Of a stretch of DNA of 64,000 nucleotides, positions 39,422 to 52,484 are shown one piece after another (position 1 is the first letter of the stretch; every line of letters starts with the position of its first letter). A program made the position numbers and the translations under genes. The DNA is from Octopus vulgaris (Eukaryota): assembly GCA_951406725.2 (NCBI GenBank), contig OX597821.1:76818001-76882000 (forward strand), given 5' to 3'. The notes under the pieces were generated by a model. It did no database searches. It had not been told where the DNA came from and saw nothing but the letters and a program-made list of their open reading frames with translations.

Positions 39422-40570
39422 AAGTTATGGATGATTTAGTGATTTACTGCAAAACCCATGGCGGCCAATATGATCAGAACGGTTGAAAAAATAACAAAAC
39501 AATCAAAAATGACACAGAGAATACTGGAATTATTTAATATTTAGTGTGAAGCCCTTTAGCTTCAATCACACTTTGACATCTTCGACTGCATGAGGAAATT
39601 AAATTTTCAATTTCTTGCTAGGTGATCTTATTCCATTCTTCCATAATTGCTCGGTTGTTTTAAGGATTTCTGGCTTTCAAACGTTCTCCTAGAATATTCC
39701 ACACATTTTCAATAGGATTGAGATCTGGGCTTTGAGCAGGCCATCTGAGCCAAATAACATAAACTTAGATTCATCACTGAAATGCACCGTTTGCCATTTT
39801 TCTTGAGACCACAACACATGTTCGGTTGCAAAGGTAAGACGATACTTTTTATTTTTGGAGCTGATCAGTGGCTTCACAGCGGGTGATCTTGCTTGTAGGT
39901 TATGTTCAACTAAACGATGAGACACAGTTTTTCGAGATAACGTTTTCTTCAGTACAATGCTCATTTCCCGAGAAACAGCAGCAGCAGTTTTAAATCTATC
40001 CTTTTTAACCAACTTTACCATAGCACGATCTTCTCTCTTGGTCGTTTTTCTTGGCCTACCTGTAGACTTTCTTGCTTCACACGAACCACAATCATCGAAG
40101 ACCTTAAGAATACCGTGAACAACACTTTTTGACTTGTTAACAATCTTTGCAATATACCCAATACTTAAATTATCCTTCTTTCGAAGCTTAATAATCTGCT
40201 GACGAATTGGTAATGGAGTAAGTGGCATTATATTAACAAAGTACACTGTAGATATTCTTACTAATGTTTAGTAAACGAACCATCACGTAAACAAATTCAA
40301 AACATTAGAGTTCGCCGGTTAAATATACTAAAACACGGAGTAAAAAGCAACCGTTCTGATAATTTTGGCCGCCATGGGTTTTGCAGTAAATCACTGAATC
40401 ATCCATAACTTTTGTATTATCCTTTTAAATTACACCAAAATCTCAGACAATAACAATTAATATCGTATTTATTGTCTGTGAAAATTATAGAATATAAAAC
40501 AACTTTGATAAAAACTTATACTTACTTTTCTGGCGAAACAATGCCGTTCTGAACATTTTGCCCGCAACTG
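39422..40570 (-). mobile_element. Internally deleted Tc1-family IR/DR transposon
   Basis: ORF 39689..40246 has an HTH region, GRPRKT and FSDESKF; [15 protein letters not shown] follows in another frame. Terminus ta|CAGTTGCGGGCAAAATGTTCAGAACGG at 40570, inner direct repeat at ~40350, and inverted match 39422-39485 / 40348-40410. Confidence 0.9.
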
Positions 40571-40631
<61 letters not shown>

Positions 40632-41259
40632 GTGTGTGTGTGTGTATCTGTAAATGTAATATGTGACAATTATTCGGTAGCCATGATAAAACTCCGAGTT
40701 TCGGATGCCGAGGTGGAAATGCACGCTGCCATCTTTTCAGTTATCCGGCCATCGGAAAAATACTTGTACTTGTACTTGTGGTGACATTCACCCTGGGCGG
40801 GTTGAGTCGGCTTCTTCTCCTCATGGAAGAAGTTTCATGGGAATATGAGGATTTCACAAGCGGTCTCCAACAATCCCGCATGTGGAGACATCTTGTTTGC
40901 CGCAGATTGTCGGCAGACGCAGGGACAGAACGACCGAGGAACCGCCAGTTGCCGAAGCAGACACTCCGAGGATTTTCACCAGAGCCCCGTCTGCCGGCTT
41001 GTGGCCCTAATACCACTCGGTGCCAGACCAATCGGCCTTGGGTGGTGCTACCAGGAACCGAAGTTCCCGACGGCATAGCTCTGACACTACCCGTTGCCAG
41101 CGTCCCCACCACGGTGAGGAGGGGATGGACTTGGGGACGCAAAAATACTATGAAAAAAATACATTTACAGATAAATTCCTCTATTTACATAATATCGAGG
41201 TATCTTTCATTATTTTGTTGTCTTACCATTTTTATCAATATATATATATATATAACTCT

Positions 41260-41311
<52 letters not shown>

Positions 41312-41405
41312 GAGACAGAGACAGACAGAGACAGAGACAGAGGAATATGCATATATATAAATGTGTGTATATTTATATGTGTCTGTATTTATATATGTGT
41401 GTGTA

Positions 41406-41451
<46 letters not shown>

Positions 41452-42196
41452 CGCGCGCGTGTAGATACACAACACACACATAAACTAAAATAGCCAAGTA
41501 GAAAACATGGGTATTTCATCTCTTACTCCACACCTTGGACATTTTATTTACGAATATAAAAAAAGCCTGAAATGATTGGAGGCTAAAACCAAATATGAAA
41601 ACCGACCACGTCAGATATACACACCGTTCTGATGACAATGCCGTAACCAATGACGTCATTACTAGTGACGAAGCTACGTCGAAGCCCATGCTGTCACTTG
41701 TAATAAAAGACCTGTCGTTCAGCCATTAGCACAAAAATACATTTTTATACAACGCTGGAGGAATTCATAACAATGGCTGACGTCATTTGTAAAACTCATT
41801 GTTTCTGTTTCCGGTGTCTATGATGCCATCGAAATTATGATACGGCAAGAAGGACAAGGATTTCAAGAGATATGTATTTCTTTTTTTTTTAAGTTTACCT
41901 TTCTCTTCTGTGGTTTTCTTGTAATAACGTTAGTTAGGGATAATGATGTAGGGATTAAACTGCCTCAACTCTAAAAGAAACACGGTTGTACAGTTTGTGT
42001 TTTTTTTAAATTGTGATACGTATAATATTTTTTTTTATTTTTAAAGTATGATACTTATAATATCATTCTCTTTTGACAAGCCGCTAAGTTACGGGATGTG
42101 AACAAACCAATATCGATTGTCAAGTGGAAATGGGGGTGACGAACACAAAAATCCACACACATAGTTCTACATATATACACGCACACACACACACAC

Positions 42197-42229
<33 letters not shown>

Positions 42230-42261
42230 TGTATGTATGTATGTATGTATGTATGTATGCG

Positions 42262-42292
<31 letters not shown>

Positions 42293-42441
42293 CTATGTAT
42301 GAATGTATGTGTGCGTATGTATGTATGTATGTATCTATGTATTAATGTATGTGTGCGTATGTATGTATGTATGTATGTATGTATGTATGTATGTATGCAT
42401 GTATGCATGTATGTATATATATATATATTTTTTTTGTATGA

Positions 42442-42472
<31 letters not shown>

Positions 42473-43353
42473 TGTATGTATATGTATGTATATGTGTGTG
42501 TTGATGTGTGTAAGTTGCTGTGCTGGTGAGTCTATATTCCAATAACTTAGCGTTTTGGTTGAAGACATCGATAGAATAAGTACCAGGCTGAAAAACAAAC
42601 AAACAAATAAAAAGGTTCTGGTGTAGATTCATTCGACTGAAAATTTTTCAAAGCGGTGTGCCCCAGCATGGCCACAGTCTTATGACTGCAACATATAAAA
42701 GATAAAAGAATAAATAGATAAATAAATAAATAAATACCCTCACCCACCCACCCACCTGAAGTCTGGTAATTACATCGATGACCTCCACCCCTTTCGGGTA
42801 TCTTTTTTGCAACTGCCACTCCCCAGTAATAGATATGCCGCTGTTTCGTTTTTTTTTTTTTTTTTTTCTTTTGTTACCAAAACGTAATGAATATAATAAA
42901 ATGGAATGGAATTTACTAATTACATTAATGTCTGAAGTATTTTATCATTCAATTAACTTCTTATATCATTGAATATGGTTCTTTTTTTTTTTTTTTTACT
43001 GAACGCACATGGCAAACGTAGCAGAGATAAACAGGAAACTGTGTATTAAGTAATCTGCTCTTTAACCATTTTAACTAAAAGTTGCATTAGTTTTAATTTC
43101 CCAAATCGTATTCTCTGTTGTCTTTAATCTCCTCCCAACTCACTTCGCTGCTATTAACAGCAAGTGTTGCACTAAGTGTTAGCTCTTATTTCAGCTTTTA
43201 TGGCGTTAAGCTGCTGAAAGACATCCACAGGGCATTGTACAGGGCACTACTTAATTGAAAATGTTACCCAGAGAGGGTCTTCAGTTCGGTACTGTAGGTT
43301 TCAGATTTTGGTACAAGGCCTCTAAATTCCAGACCGATATTTACCATTGTTAA

Positions 43354-43570
43354 GGCGGCGAACTGGCAGAACCGTTAGCACGCCGGGCGAAATGCGTAGC
43401 CGTATTTCGTCTACCGTTACGTTCTGAGTTCAAATTCCGCCGAGGTCGACTTTGCCTTTCATCCTTTCGGGGTCGATAAATTAAGTACCAGTTACGCACT
43501 GGGCTCGATGTAATCGACTTAATCCGTTTGTCCCCTCAATGTTTAGCCCCTTGTGGGTAATAAAGAAACA
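43354..43570 (+). mobile_element. SINE family B with 18-bp TSD
   Basis: Flanked on both sides by gatatttaccattgttaa. Confidence 0.85.
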
Positions 43571-44209
43571 GATATTTACCATTGTTAAGGCGGCGAGCAA
43601 GCAGACCCGAACAAAATGTTACAAAATGTAACAAAATATAACAATCTGTAACAGAGTCGAACATTGTTAGTGCGTCGAACAAAATGCTTAGCAGCATTTA
43701 TTCCGACTCATTATGTTCTGAGTTTGAATTCCGGCGAGTACCAATCAAGCACTGGGGTTGATATCATCGACCAGCCCCCTTTCCTAAACTTTGCTGACCA
43801 CGTGATAAAGTTTGAAACAATCAATGGCGGCGGACTGGCAGAATACTCAGGGGGTTGGGAAAATGCAATGCAACTCTTACGTTCAAAGTTCAAATCATAC
43901 TATGGTCAACTTTGCCTTCCACTTCGATAAAATAAAGTACTGAGAGGCGAAGCAATCAACTGACCCCTTTCCGCAAAAATTGCTGGCATTGTGTCAAAAA
44001 TTGAAACAATTGTTATTATCTTTTCTTTTATCTTTTACCTGTTTTAGTCACTAGACTGTGGCCATGCTGGAGCAGCACCTTGAAGAATTTTTAGTCAAAT
44101 GAATCGATCTCAGTACGTTTTTTTTTAAGCCTGACATTTATTCTATCGGCCTTCTTTTGCTAAACCGCTAAGTGACGGAGACGTTAAAAAATCAACACCG
44201 GTTGTCTCA

Positions 44210-44255
<46 letters not shown>

Positions 44256-44745
44256 AATCAAAGGTAGCATCGAAAGAACACAACAAATAGAAACCAAAAA
44301 AGGTCACTGCATGCAGAAAAATAGACGATAGCACGACAAACGGAAAACAGGACAAAAACAAGATCCACGGATTATTCGCAGCCGATTAGCTCATCAGTCG
44401 GAGTCCGGGAAGTTAATGTAGTTTTGCCCCCTTATCTCCTAGACTACTCGAATTTGACGGGTGCCAGGGACTTAAGCTAAAAGCATTAATCATCTGGGAA
44501 AGGCAAACAAATGTATACATGGACGAAAACAGGAATAGAAACAAAAACGAGAAAGCTAGAATTATACACGTATAACAGAATGCCTTTCGGTTATACAACA
44601 AGACGGAAATAATTGTACAATTACAACATAATTAATAACAAAAATGGTCTTTCAACTATCAGACGTACGTAGGTAAGCTGGCGCAAAGACTAAATGGAAA
44701 AATCTTAACACACCGGGCAGGAGGACAGACGAATGTGGTGGTATA

Positions 44746-46055
44746 TATAGCAGAGATACCCGGCGTTGCCCGGTTACATTCAATTGAAGAATTAGACTTT
44801 TCTGTTATATCTTCTGTAATGACCTGGAATATCTATGTTTCGAGTTTTATCAAAATTGCATATGAGGGTTATTTTCCTCTTTACACACCCTAAAAAATTG
44901 TAATCGTGCCACATGTATCCCATACTACTGATTTTTATGCGCATATTCCAAGATTCCAGTCTAATTGAACCTAATAAAAAGATTTTGCTCCTGAAAAATG
45001 AAGGTCATGGAGCTCTAAAATGTGAGAGTTAAGGCCCCTGTTGGGGGTGGGCATCTTAATGTCAACCAGAGAAGTTAAATTGTTGAAAATCTTGGGTCTT
45101 ATATCTATTGTTTGAATTTCTTTGAAAGAGGAAATATATGTTCACTGGGTTTGTAAAAGAGAGCAAAGCTACAGGAAACCAAAAGACGAATGATCACAAT
45201 AAGCAGTCAGTTACCCTACCCTAGTCGTTACCACTCCCAATGTAGGATTCCTCACCATCCAGGTGACAGGCACAGCCGTAAGATGCATTATGAATCTATA
45301 GCAATTGGAAGGGCGTGACCCAACTGAAATCAACATTAACAACTGTGTGACGTGAGGGCTAAGGATAAATTAAAGTGTCACCTCTGGAGTTTGCAAATGA
45401 TCACTATACTGATACGTAACTGGACAGAATAAATTTAAAATCTATGTCTTTGAATAACCAGTCACTCATCTGGGAAGGCCTTGAAATCAATGTTACCATT
45501 TGGGGACTATGTGTAACCCAGTGATAATAAAAAGACTGAAAGGAGGTCTGCAATCAAATAACTTTACTCAACACTTTGGAACTGAATCAGTGGAGGCAAA
45601 GATGCCTCTCATTTACTTGACAATTTATGCACCACAATGCAGAAATCACAATGTAAGTGTATGTCAAAGCAAACTGTTACGCTGTTGTACCATTGAATTA
45701 GAAATAATGCCCAATTTTTATGGTCGGGTAACCCTACAGTTTCCAAGAGTACAACTGTATTCGTTTTTGCTTAGATAAAATGACAAAATTGTGCGTGTTA
45801 ATTCCCATGGAGGGGTCTTTCTAACTTTGTAAGTAGATGAAATTTTATAAATATTACTTCATTTGTGTCTAATATATATGGTTAAAATTCCATCAACAGC
45901 AAAAATATGTGACTTGTCATGGGGGTTATAGCCCTTATGCATAGAATATAATTTCCAAATTTCATAAAGATCCATTCAGTACTTTTGACCTAGTTTTGGA
46001 TCATAAAAGAAATGACTAAAATTTGGGAGTTAAGGCTCCCATTAGGGTGTTTTAT
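44746..46055 (-). mobile_element. Non-autonomous Helitron-like element
   Basis: Terminus tagcagagatacccggcgttgcccgg and internal modules of the aaatttcataaagatcc type. Confidence 0.5.
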
Positions 46056-46229
46056 ATATATATGTATACAAGCATTATGACCCGTCGTTGCCGGGTCATA
46101 GTGCTAGTGCATGTATATATGTATATATATATATATGTGTACATATTACATATACATCTATATATATACATCTACACATAAAATACAAAATAAAAAGTTA
46201 TATCTTGATATCGCTAGTGATAACAATAC

Positions 46230-46758
46230 TCAAAATATATAACAGACTGGAATTGTAGGCCCGTCTCTCGCAATTTCGATCAATTGTATCTTGTCCTCCC
46301 TCTTGTATTGAAGTGTAGCTACAATCCAGCCAAGCTCTACTTCTGAGGGGACATTTTTAATTTTTATCCGGGACGTCCTACGTCCCAGATATAAAGGTGA
46401 AAATAAAATATTTCCACTTTGCAAGGTTCGAGTCGAGTACTCCCTTGCACGCTCCGTTGACTCGAACCTTGCTTCTATTGTGGCGAATTTACCACGACTA
46501 TCTTTTATAGTCGCACCAAGGCACTTTTCGATGGTGCTTCCCTCCAGGTGTTCAAATCTTTTTTTCTTCTCTACATTATATACTTTATAGACAATAGTCT
46601 TTTCTTTAATTCAATTTTTTTATTTCGTTTGGTGGTGTTATCATAGATTCACCGTCTTTGACGGTGATCAATCCGTATTTCTCCCATTTTAATTTCAATG
46701 AGTTCGCACCGACGGCTGCAGCGAAATTCATTTTTGGACTTTCTTCTATCGAAGGCAT
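46230..46758 (-). pseudogene. LINE ORF1/gag-like fragment inside a Helitron-like region
   Basis: MPSIEESPKMNFAAAV..., then a ~120-codon open frame IKEKTIVYKVYN...PLYLGRRTSRIKIKNVPSEVELGWIV (RRM-like, resembling L1/Tx1 ORF1). Confidence 0.5.
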
Positions 46759-47819
46759 TCTAACAAAAATGCTACCGTGTAAACGGTGAAAATATTGTCA
46801 ATTTCCCCAAACAGGGACACAATTCAATTTTTAAACAATAGCCAAAGCTCCTTCTCCCAAAGGGGGAGGGTTACAGTTTACAATTATTTAACAAATGCAA
46901 CACAACAATGTTTCCTTTACGAGGAACCAACAAACGTGATAACAATAGTTAAACAGTAATAATAATAACAACAAACCTTATTCCTTTATGTATAAGAAAT
47001 AAACCAGCAGCAGTATTCTGTAGAATCGGCTGTTCGAGAAAACAGATATTACATACAGCCAACTTCATATAGATACTTAATGCTAGCTAATTAGCAGATA
47101 ATCTAATATAAAAGCACTACTCCATCTGGACTATTCCATTTCTGCACGCTAAATTTATTTTTAATTTATTCCCATTCATGTGAAACCACTTATTCAAGTC
47201 ATTGATGCAATTTTATACCAATTGCTATTTTTACTTTTGTTATGTTACGATTATATTATACTTTGGTTTGATTTTAATTATTACTTACTACATACAATTC
47301 AATTGTTATTATTATTTTTATTGTTAAAGTGAAAGTATCTGACAAAAAATAGAGAAATATTTTTGTTTCACTTTTAACACGTAATACTGAAATAGTGGAG
47401 AAGATATGATATTGCTATTGGCTCGCTCTAGGCAAGAAGTTGAACATTTTTTGCCCATGAAATTACATGAACCCTAAGAAAGGCATGTGTAAAATTTGAA
47501 TGAAATTGGTTGTGTAGTTCTCAAGTTTTAGGGATTCACACAGACAGACAGACACACATTCTCAGTTTCATATATATCGATATACTAGCATTATGACTCT
47601 GTGTACAATCCCCTCAATGTTGCCCAGAGCGTGCTCTGGTCGCCATAGCTGTCGACTGTGGGCTGGCAGCTGTGTACAGTCGCCCCAATGTCGGGTCATA
47701 GTGCTAGTTTGGTATAAATTTGTTAAATTAAAAATGTGGGGTAACAAAACATACATTGACATATTAAAAAGACGAATTAAAATTCCAGAGAAAAATACAT
47801 AGAAAATATATATATATAT

Positions 47820-48245
47820 ACAGGAGTGGCTGTGTGGTAAGTAGCTTGCTAACCAACCACATGGTTCCGAGTTCAGTCCCACTGCGTGGCAGCTTGCGCA
47901 AGTGTCTTCTGCTATAGCCCCGGGCCGACCAATGCCTTGTGAGTGGATTTGGTAGACGGAAACTGAAAGAAGCCTGTCGTATATATGTATATGTATATAT
48001 ATGTATGTGTGTGTGTGTGTGTGTGTGTTTGTGTGTCTGTGTTTGTCCCCCTAGCATTGCTTGACAGCCGATGCTGGTGTGTTTACGTCCCCGTCACTTA
48101 GCGGTTCGGCAAAAGAGACCGATAGAATGAGTACTGGGCTTACAAAGAATAAGTCCCGGGGTCGATTTGCTCGACTAAAGGCGGTGCTCCAGCATGGCCG
48201 CAGTCAAATGACTGAAACAAGTAAAATAGTAAAGAGTAAAAGAGA
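47820..48245 (+). mobile_element. SINE family A
   Basis: Full-length match. Confidence 0.85.
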
Positions 48246-48259
48246 TATACACATACACA

Positions 48260-48318
<59 letters not shown>

Positions 48319-48725
48319 GACGTGCTTCTTTCAGTTTCCGTCTACAAAACAAAGTTCATAGAGTGTACCATGGAATATGCATCAATCTAACAAGGCTACA
48401 AGCAATTGTATTTCTTAGGCCATATTCATTGAATTTATTCTTCCGAAGTGTTTGCAGAAGGTTACGAACCTCACAATTCCCTTTTAGTTCTATATAGGTT
48501 GTCTGAGTAAATTTCAGCGCAAGCCGCCAAAACGAGGGCATTTACTATTTGTGTGTGTGTGTGTGTGTGTGTGTGTGGATACGTGTGCGTGCGCATGTGT
48601 GTGTAGTATGTGAAACACGCGCGTACACACACATATGTACGCACGCATACACACATGTGTGCTGCACAAACACACACGTGCGCACGCACAGATAAAACGT
48701 TTACAATGAAATATGTTGTAATCCG

Positions 48726-48785
<60 letters not shown>

Positions 48786-49339
48786 TGTTTTGCTACACCC
48801 CTTCTACCAACTTCCCCTGGCCAAAGCTCATGGATTTCTTTTTATAGTACTTCCGCTCTGTTCTAGTTGGGCGTGCAGTGAAAGCTTTACGAGAGAAACC
48901 AACCGCTCTCCCCAACTTGTACCCACAAAGTTAAATGTGTTGGTTTTCTAACTAACTGTCATGTAACGCTAGCCTTGATCTAAGCAAACACTCATTTAAA
49001 GTTTCCATTTGTACAGGTGTACTTACAACTAACTCAGTTGTCGGCACACGTCTTGCTGTCATTAACGCTGCACGTTGCTCTCCTTGCTGACATCTAATAC
49101 ACAGCAATTACAGCATTGGCGACGCTAGATGTTGTTGGCGTTGTTGTTGTTTCGTTGTTATGGTTATTACCGTTGTCCGTTTTTTTTTTTTTTTATGTAT
49201 ACGGACCACCATCGCTTAGAGCAGATACTTAAGAAGGAGACAAAGAGGGAGCCTCTACATGGAAACAATAGTCAAATCTTCCTCAAATCGCTTTGCCTTA
49301 CCATATTAAAAAAAGGCATATAAGATAACATAGTCCGAA

Positions 49340-49753
49340 GGCGGCGAGCTGGCAGAAACGTTAGCACGCCGGGCGAAATGCTTAGCGGTATTTCGGCTGC
49401 CGTTACGTTGTGAGTTCAAATTCCGCCGAGGTCGACTTTGCCTTTCATCCTTTCGGAGTCGATAAATTAAGTACCAGTTAAGCACTGGGGTCGATATAAT
49501 CGACTTAATACCTATGTCTGTCCATGTTTGTCCTTTCTGTGTTTAGCCCCTTGTGGGTAATAAAGAAATAGGTATTTCGTCTGTCGTTACGTTCTGAGTT
49601 CAAATTCCGCCGAGGTCGACTTTGCCTTTCATCCTTTCGGGGTCGATAAATTAAGTACCAGTTACGCACTGGGGTCGATGTAATCGACTTAATCCGTTTG
49701 TCTGTCTTTGTTTGTCTCCTCTGTGTTTAGCCCCTTGTGGGTAGTAAAGAAAT
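49340..49753 (+). mobile_element. Dimeric SINE family B
   Basis: One head and two bodies joined at aaagaaata|ggtatttcgtctg, flanked by tataagataacatagtcc on both sides. Confidence 0.85.
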
Positions 49754-50075
49754 ATATAAGATAACATAGTCCTGGGGCAGTGTCTTAGAAAAAGCTGGGA
49801 TGATCACAGTCGCAAAATTTTTGGCCATAAGTCATCTGGATTAGAAGTAAATATGTTTAAAAAGAAAAATACAATAGCAATTTGAATTGCATCATATTTC
49901 CACGAAATATTCTACATACATTGATATTAAAAGTACATTTGTGGTGTGTACGTAAGAGCTACTGTATTTGTGATATCACACACGTATAGTTTGCTAAATA
50001 TAAATAGGAAATCCTCTCTAATGATTATTTCACGTGCTGATGTGACAAATAGCATCTTCTGCTTATACCATTCAT

Positions 50076-50129
<54 letters not shown>

Positions 50130-50393
50130 ACTCCCTCTCTCCCTCTTTCGCTCTCTCTCTCACACACGAACCCTTACACATGCAGACATACATATGTACT
50201 GTGTGTGTATGTATGTGAGTTGTATCTGTGTGTGTTCACCTCTTTAGAAATCTTTAAAAATGTCCACAGATTCCAGCTATGTATTACGATTATTCAAACA
50301 CTCATTAGCAAGTTTCGTATAGCATCTCCTTTAATAAATAACGGAACAAGACAGCAAGATGGAATGATATAACACTGCAAACAGAAGAAACAC

Positions 50394-50823
50394 GGTGAGC
50401 TGGCAGAAACGTTAGCACGACGGGCGAAATGCTTAGCGGTATTTCGTCTGCAGTTACGTTCTGAGTTCAAATTCCGCCAAGGTCAACTTTGCCTTTCATC
50501 CTTTCGGGGTCGATTAAATAAGTACCAGTTACGCACTGGGGTCGATAGGGTCGATATAATCGACTTAATCCGTTTGTCTGTCCTTGTTTGTCCTCTCTGT
50601 GATTAGCCCCTTGTGGATAGTAAAGAAATAGGTATTTCGTCTGCCGCTACGTTCTGAGTTCAAATCCCGCCGAGGTCGACTTTGCCTTTCATCCTTTCGG
50701 GGTCGATTAAATAAGTACCAGTTACGCACTGGGGTCGATAGGGTCGATATAATCAACTTAATCCGTTTGTCTGTCCTTGTCTGTCCCCTCTATGTTTAGC
50801 CGCTTGTGGGCAATAAAGAAATA
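50394..50823 (+). mobile_element. Dimeric SINE family B
   Basis: Same dimer junction. Confidence 0.8.
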
Positions 50824-50951
50824 AGAAACAGCAAATTATAAAGAAGTGTTAGTGTGTCATGAAACATTCTGAATGCTTGTGAGACGCCAAATTCTGTTTC
50901 ACGTCCTCCTTCAGTCTCCCTTAAAGTCTGCTATTTCCCTCCCCACTTCTC

Positions 50952-50992
<41 letters not shown>

Positions 50993-51528
50993 CTTCTCTT
51001 TCTCGAACTGTAAAATGCAAAAGAATAGAGAGTAAGCAACACGGATGAAGAGACAGGCCCAGATAGAAATATAAAAAAAAAGGGAACGATGCTAATGAAG
51101 GTCACGATCTGAAAACTGGATAACATTCTCTTTGACATGAACAGTTTGTTGCAAAATCTTTTTTTAATGAACTTCTGATGTAATTTACAGCAGATTTAAT
51201 TTCGAAAGGAATGCAGTGTGGATTTCATCTCAGATTACCTCCGTTGTCTTTAATTACCTAATAACAAATATTTATAGAGATAACAGTAGATTAAAAATCA
51301 GAAAGAAAGCTGAGCCCTCCATGGTGTACGTTACCTCAAAACTATTCGCTCAGCCAATAATGCGTGGTTCAAAACAGTCAAAGGCCACACTTTGTCAGTG
51401 GGTGCTTTAGTATCAAGCGAACCTAGATTCTTCGCCGTAACTAAAATCACACTGAGATCAAAAAGATTACAGATCTATATTTACTACAACATTAAATATC
51501 ATTAAGACAAATGTAATATAAAATTTTA

Positions 51529-51850
51529 TAGGCGTGACTGTGTGGTAAGGAGCTTGCTTCTCAACCACATGGTTCCGGGTTCAGTCCCACTGCGTGACAC
51601 CTTGGGCAAGTGTTTTCTACTTAGAACAAGGCTTTGTGAGTGGATTTGCTTGACAGAAGCTGAAAGAAGCCCGTCGTATATATATCTTTGCGTGTGTGTG
51701 TATGTCCCTCCACCATCACTTGGCAACCGATGTTGGTGTGTTTACGTCTCCGTAACTTAGCTGTTCAGCAAAAGAGACCGATAGAATACTAGTCTTGCAA
51801 AGAATAAGTCCTGGGGTCGATTTCTTCGAATGAAATTGGTGCTCCAGCAT
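51529..51850 (+). mobile_element. SINE family A (degenerate)
   Basis: Head, CORE and partial tail. Confidence 0.7.
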
Positions 51851-51894
51851 TTATTTAACAAAAAAAACCTTTTAAAAACAGGAACCATCCCAAT

Positions 51895-52283
51895 AGGCAA
51901 GGCTTGTCAGGTCATCCTCCGCAGACCTCCGCCAAGCAGCTCATTTTAAAATAGATACGCGAGTAGAGAAACGAAAATAAACTTTAGAAACAGCAACGCC
52001 ACCACAGGTTACGTGGAAACGATGAACTTGTTTTCAAGGGAGATAATCAAAGAAAGTAACATTGTAATACTTCATGTAAAGTAAATATAACAAAGGAAAA
52101 ATCCTTCAAGATCCATTAAAATTCCAGGATCACTACCAAAATTTCATCATCTGTTCCTTGTGTCATTACCAACTTTTCCTGCAAGTTTCATCAAATACCG
52201 TTCACAACTTTTTGAGTTATTTTGCACACAGACGGACAAACCAACGCCGATGGAAACATAGCTTCCTTCCTTGGCAGAGGTAA
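51895..52283. mobile_element. Helentron/HINE-like non-autonomous element
   Basis: Subterminal inverted repeat acctccgccaag ... cttggcagaggt, plus an aagtttcatcaaataccgttc...acagacggacaaac module. Confidence 0.55.
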
Positions 52284-52412
52284 TAATAATGAAAACCTTT
52301 GGATACCTAAAGTTACAGGTAGTAACCCGCTACCCACATAAATCCTACCGGGAATAAGACCGAAGATGAGCCAAACCAAAATAATAATAATAATATGATG
52401 ATGATAATAAGG

Positions 52413-52481
<69 letters not shown>

Positions 52482-52484
<3 letters not shown>

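Noticed and set aside
40741-41142. GC-rich ORFs on both strands as a host gene
   Set aside because: No recognisable domain or splice structure. Bounded by microsatellites and a hammerhead-like motif, so more likely a repeat fragment.
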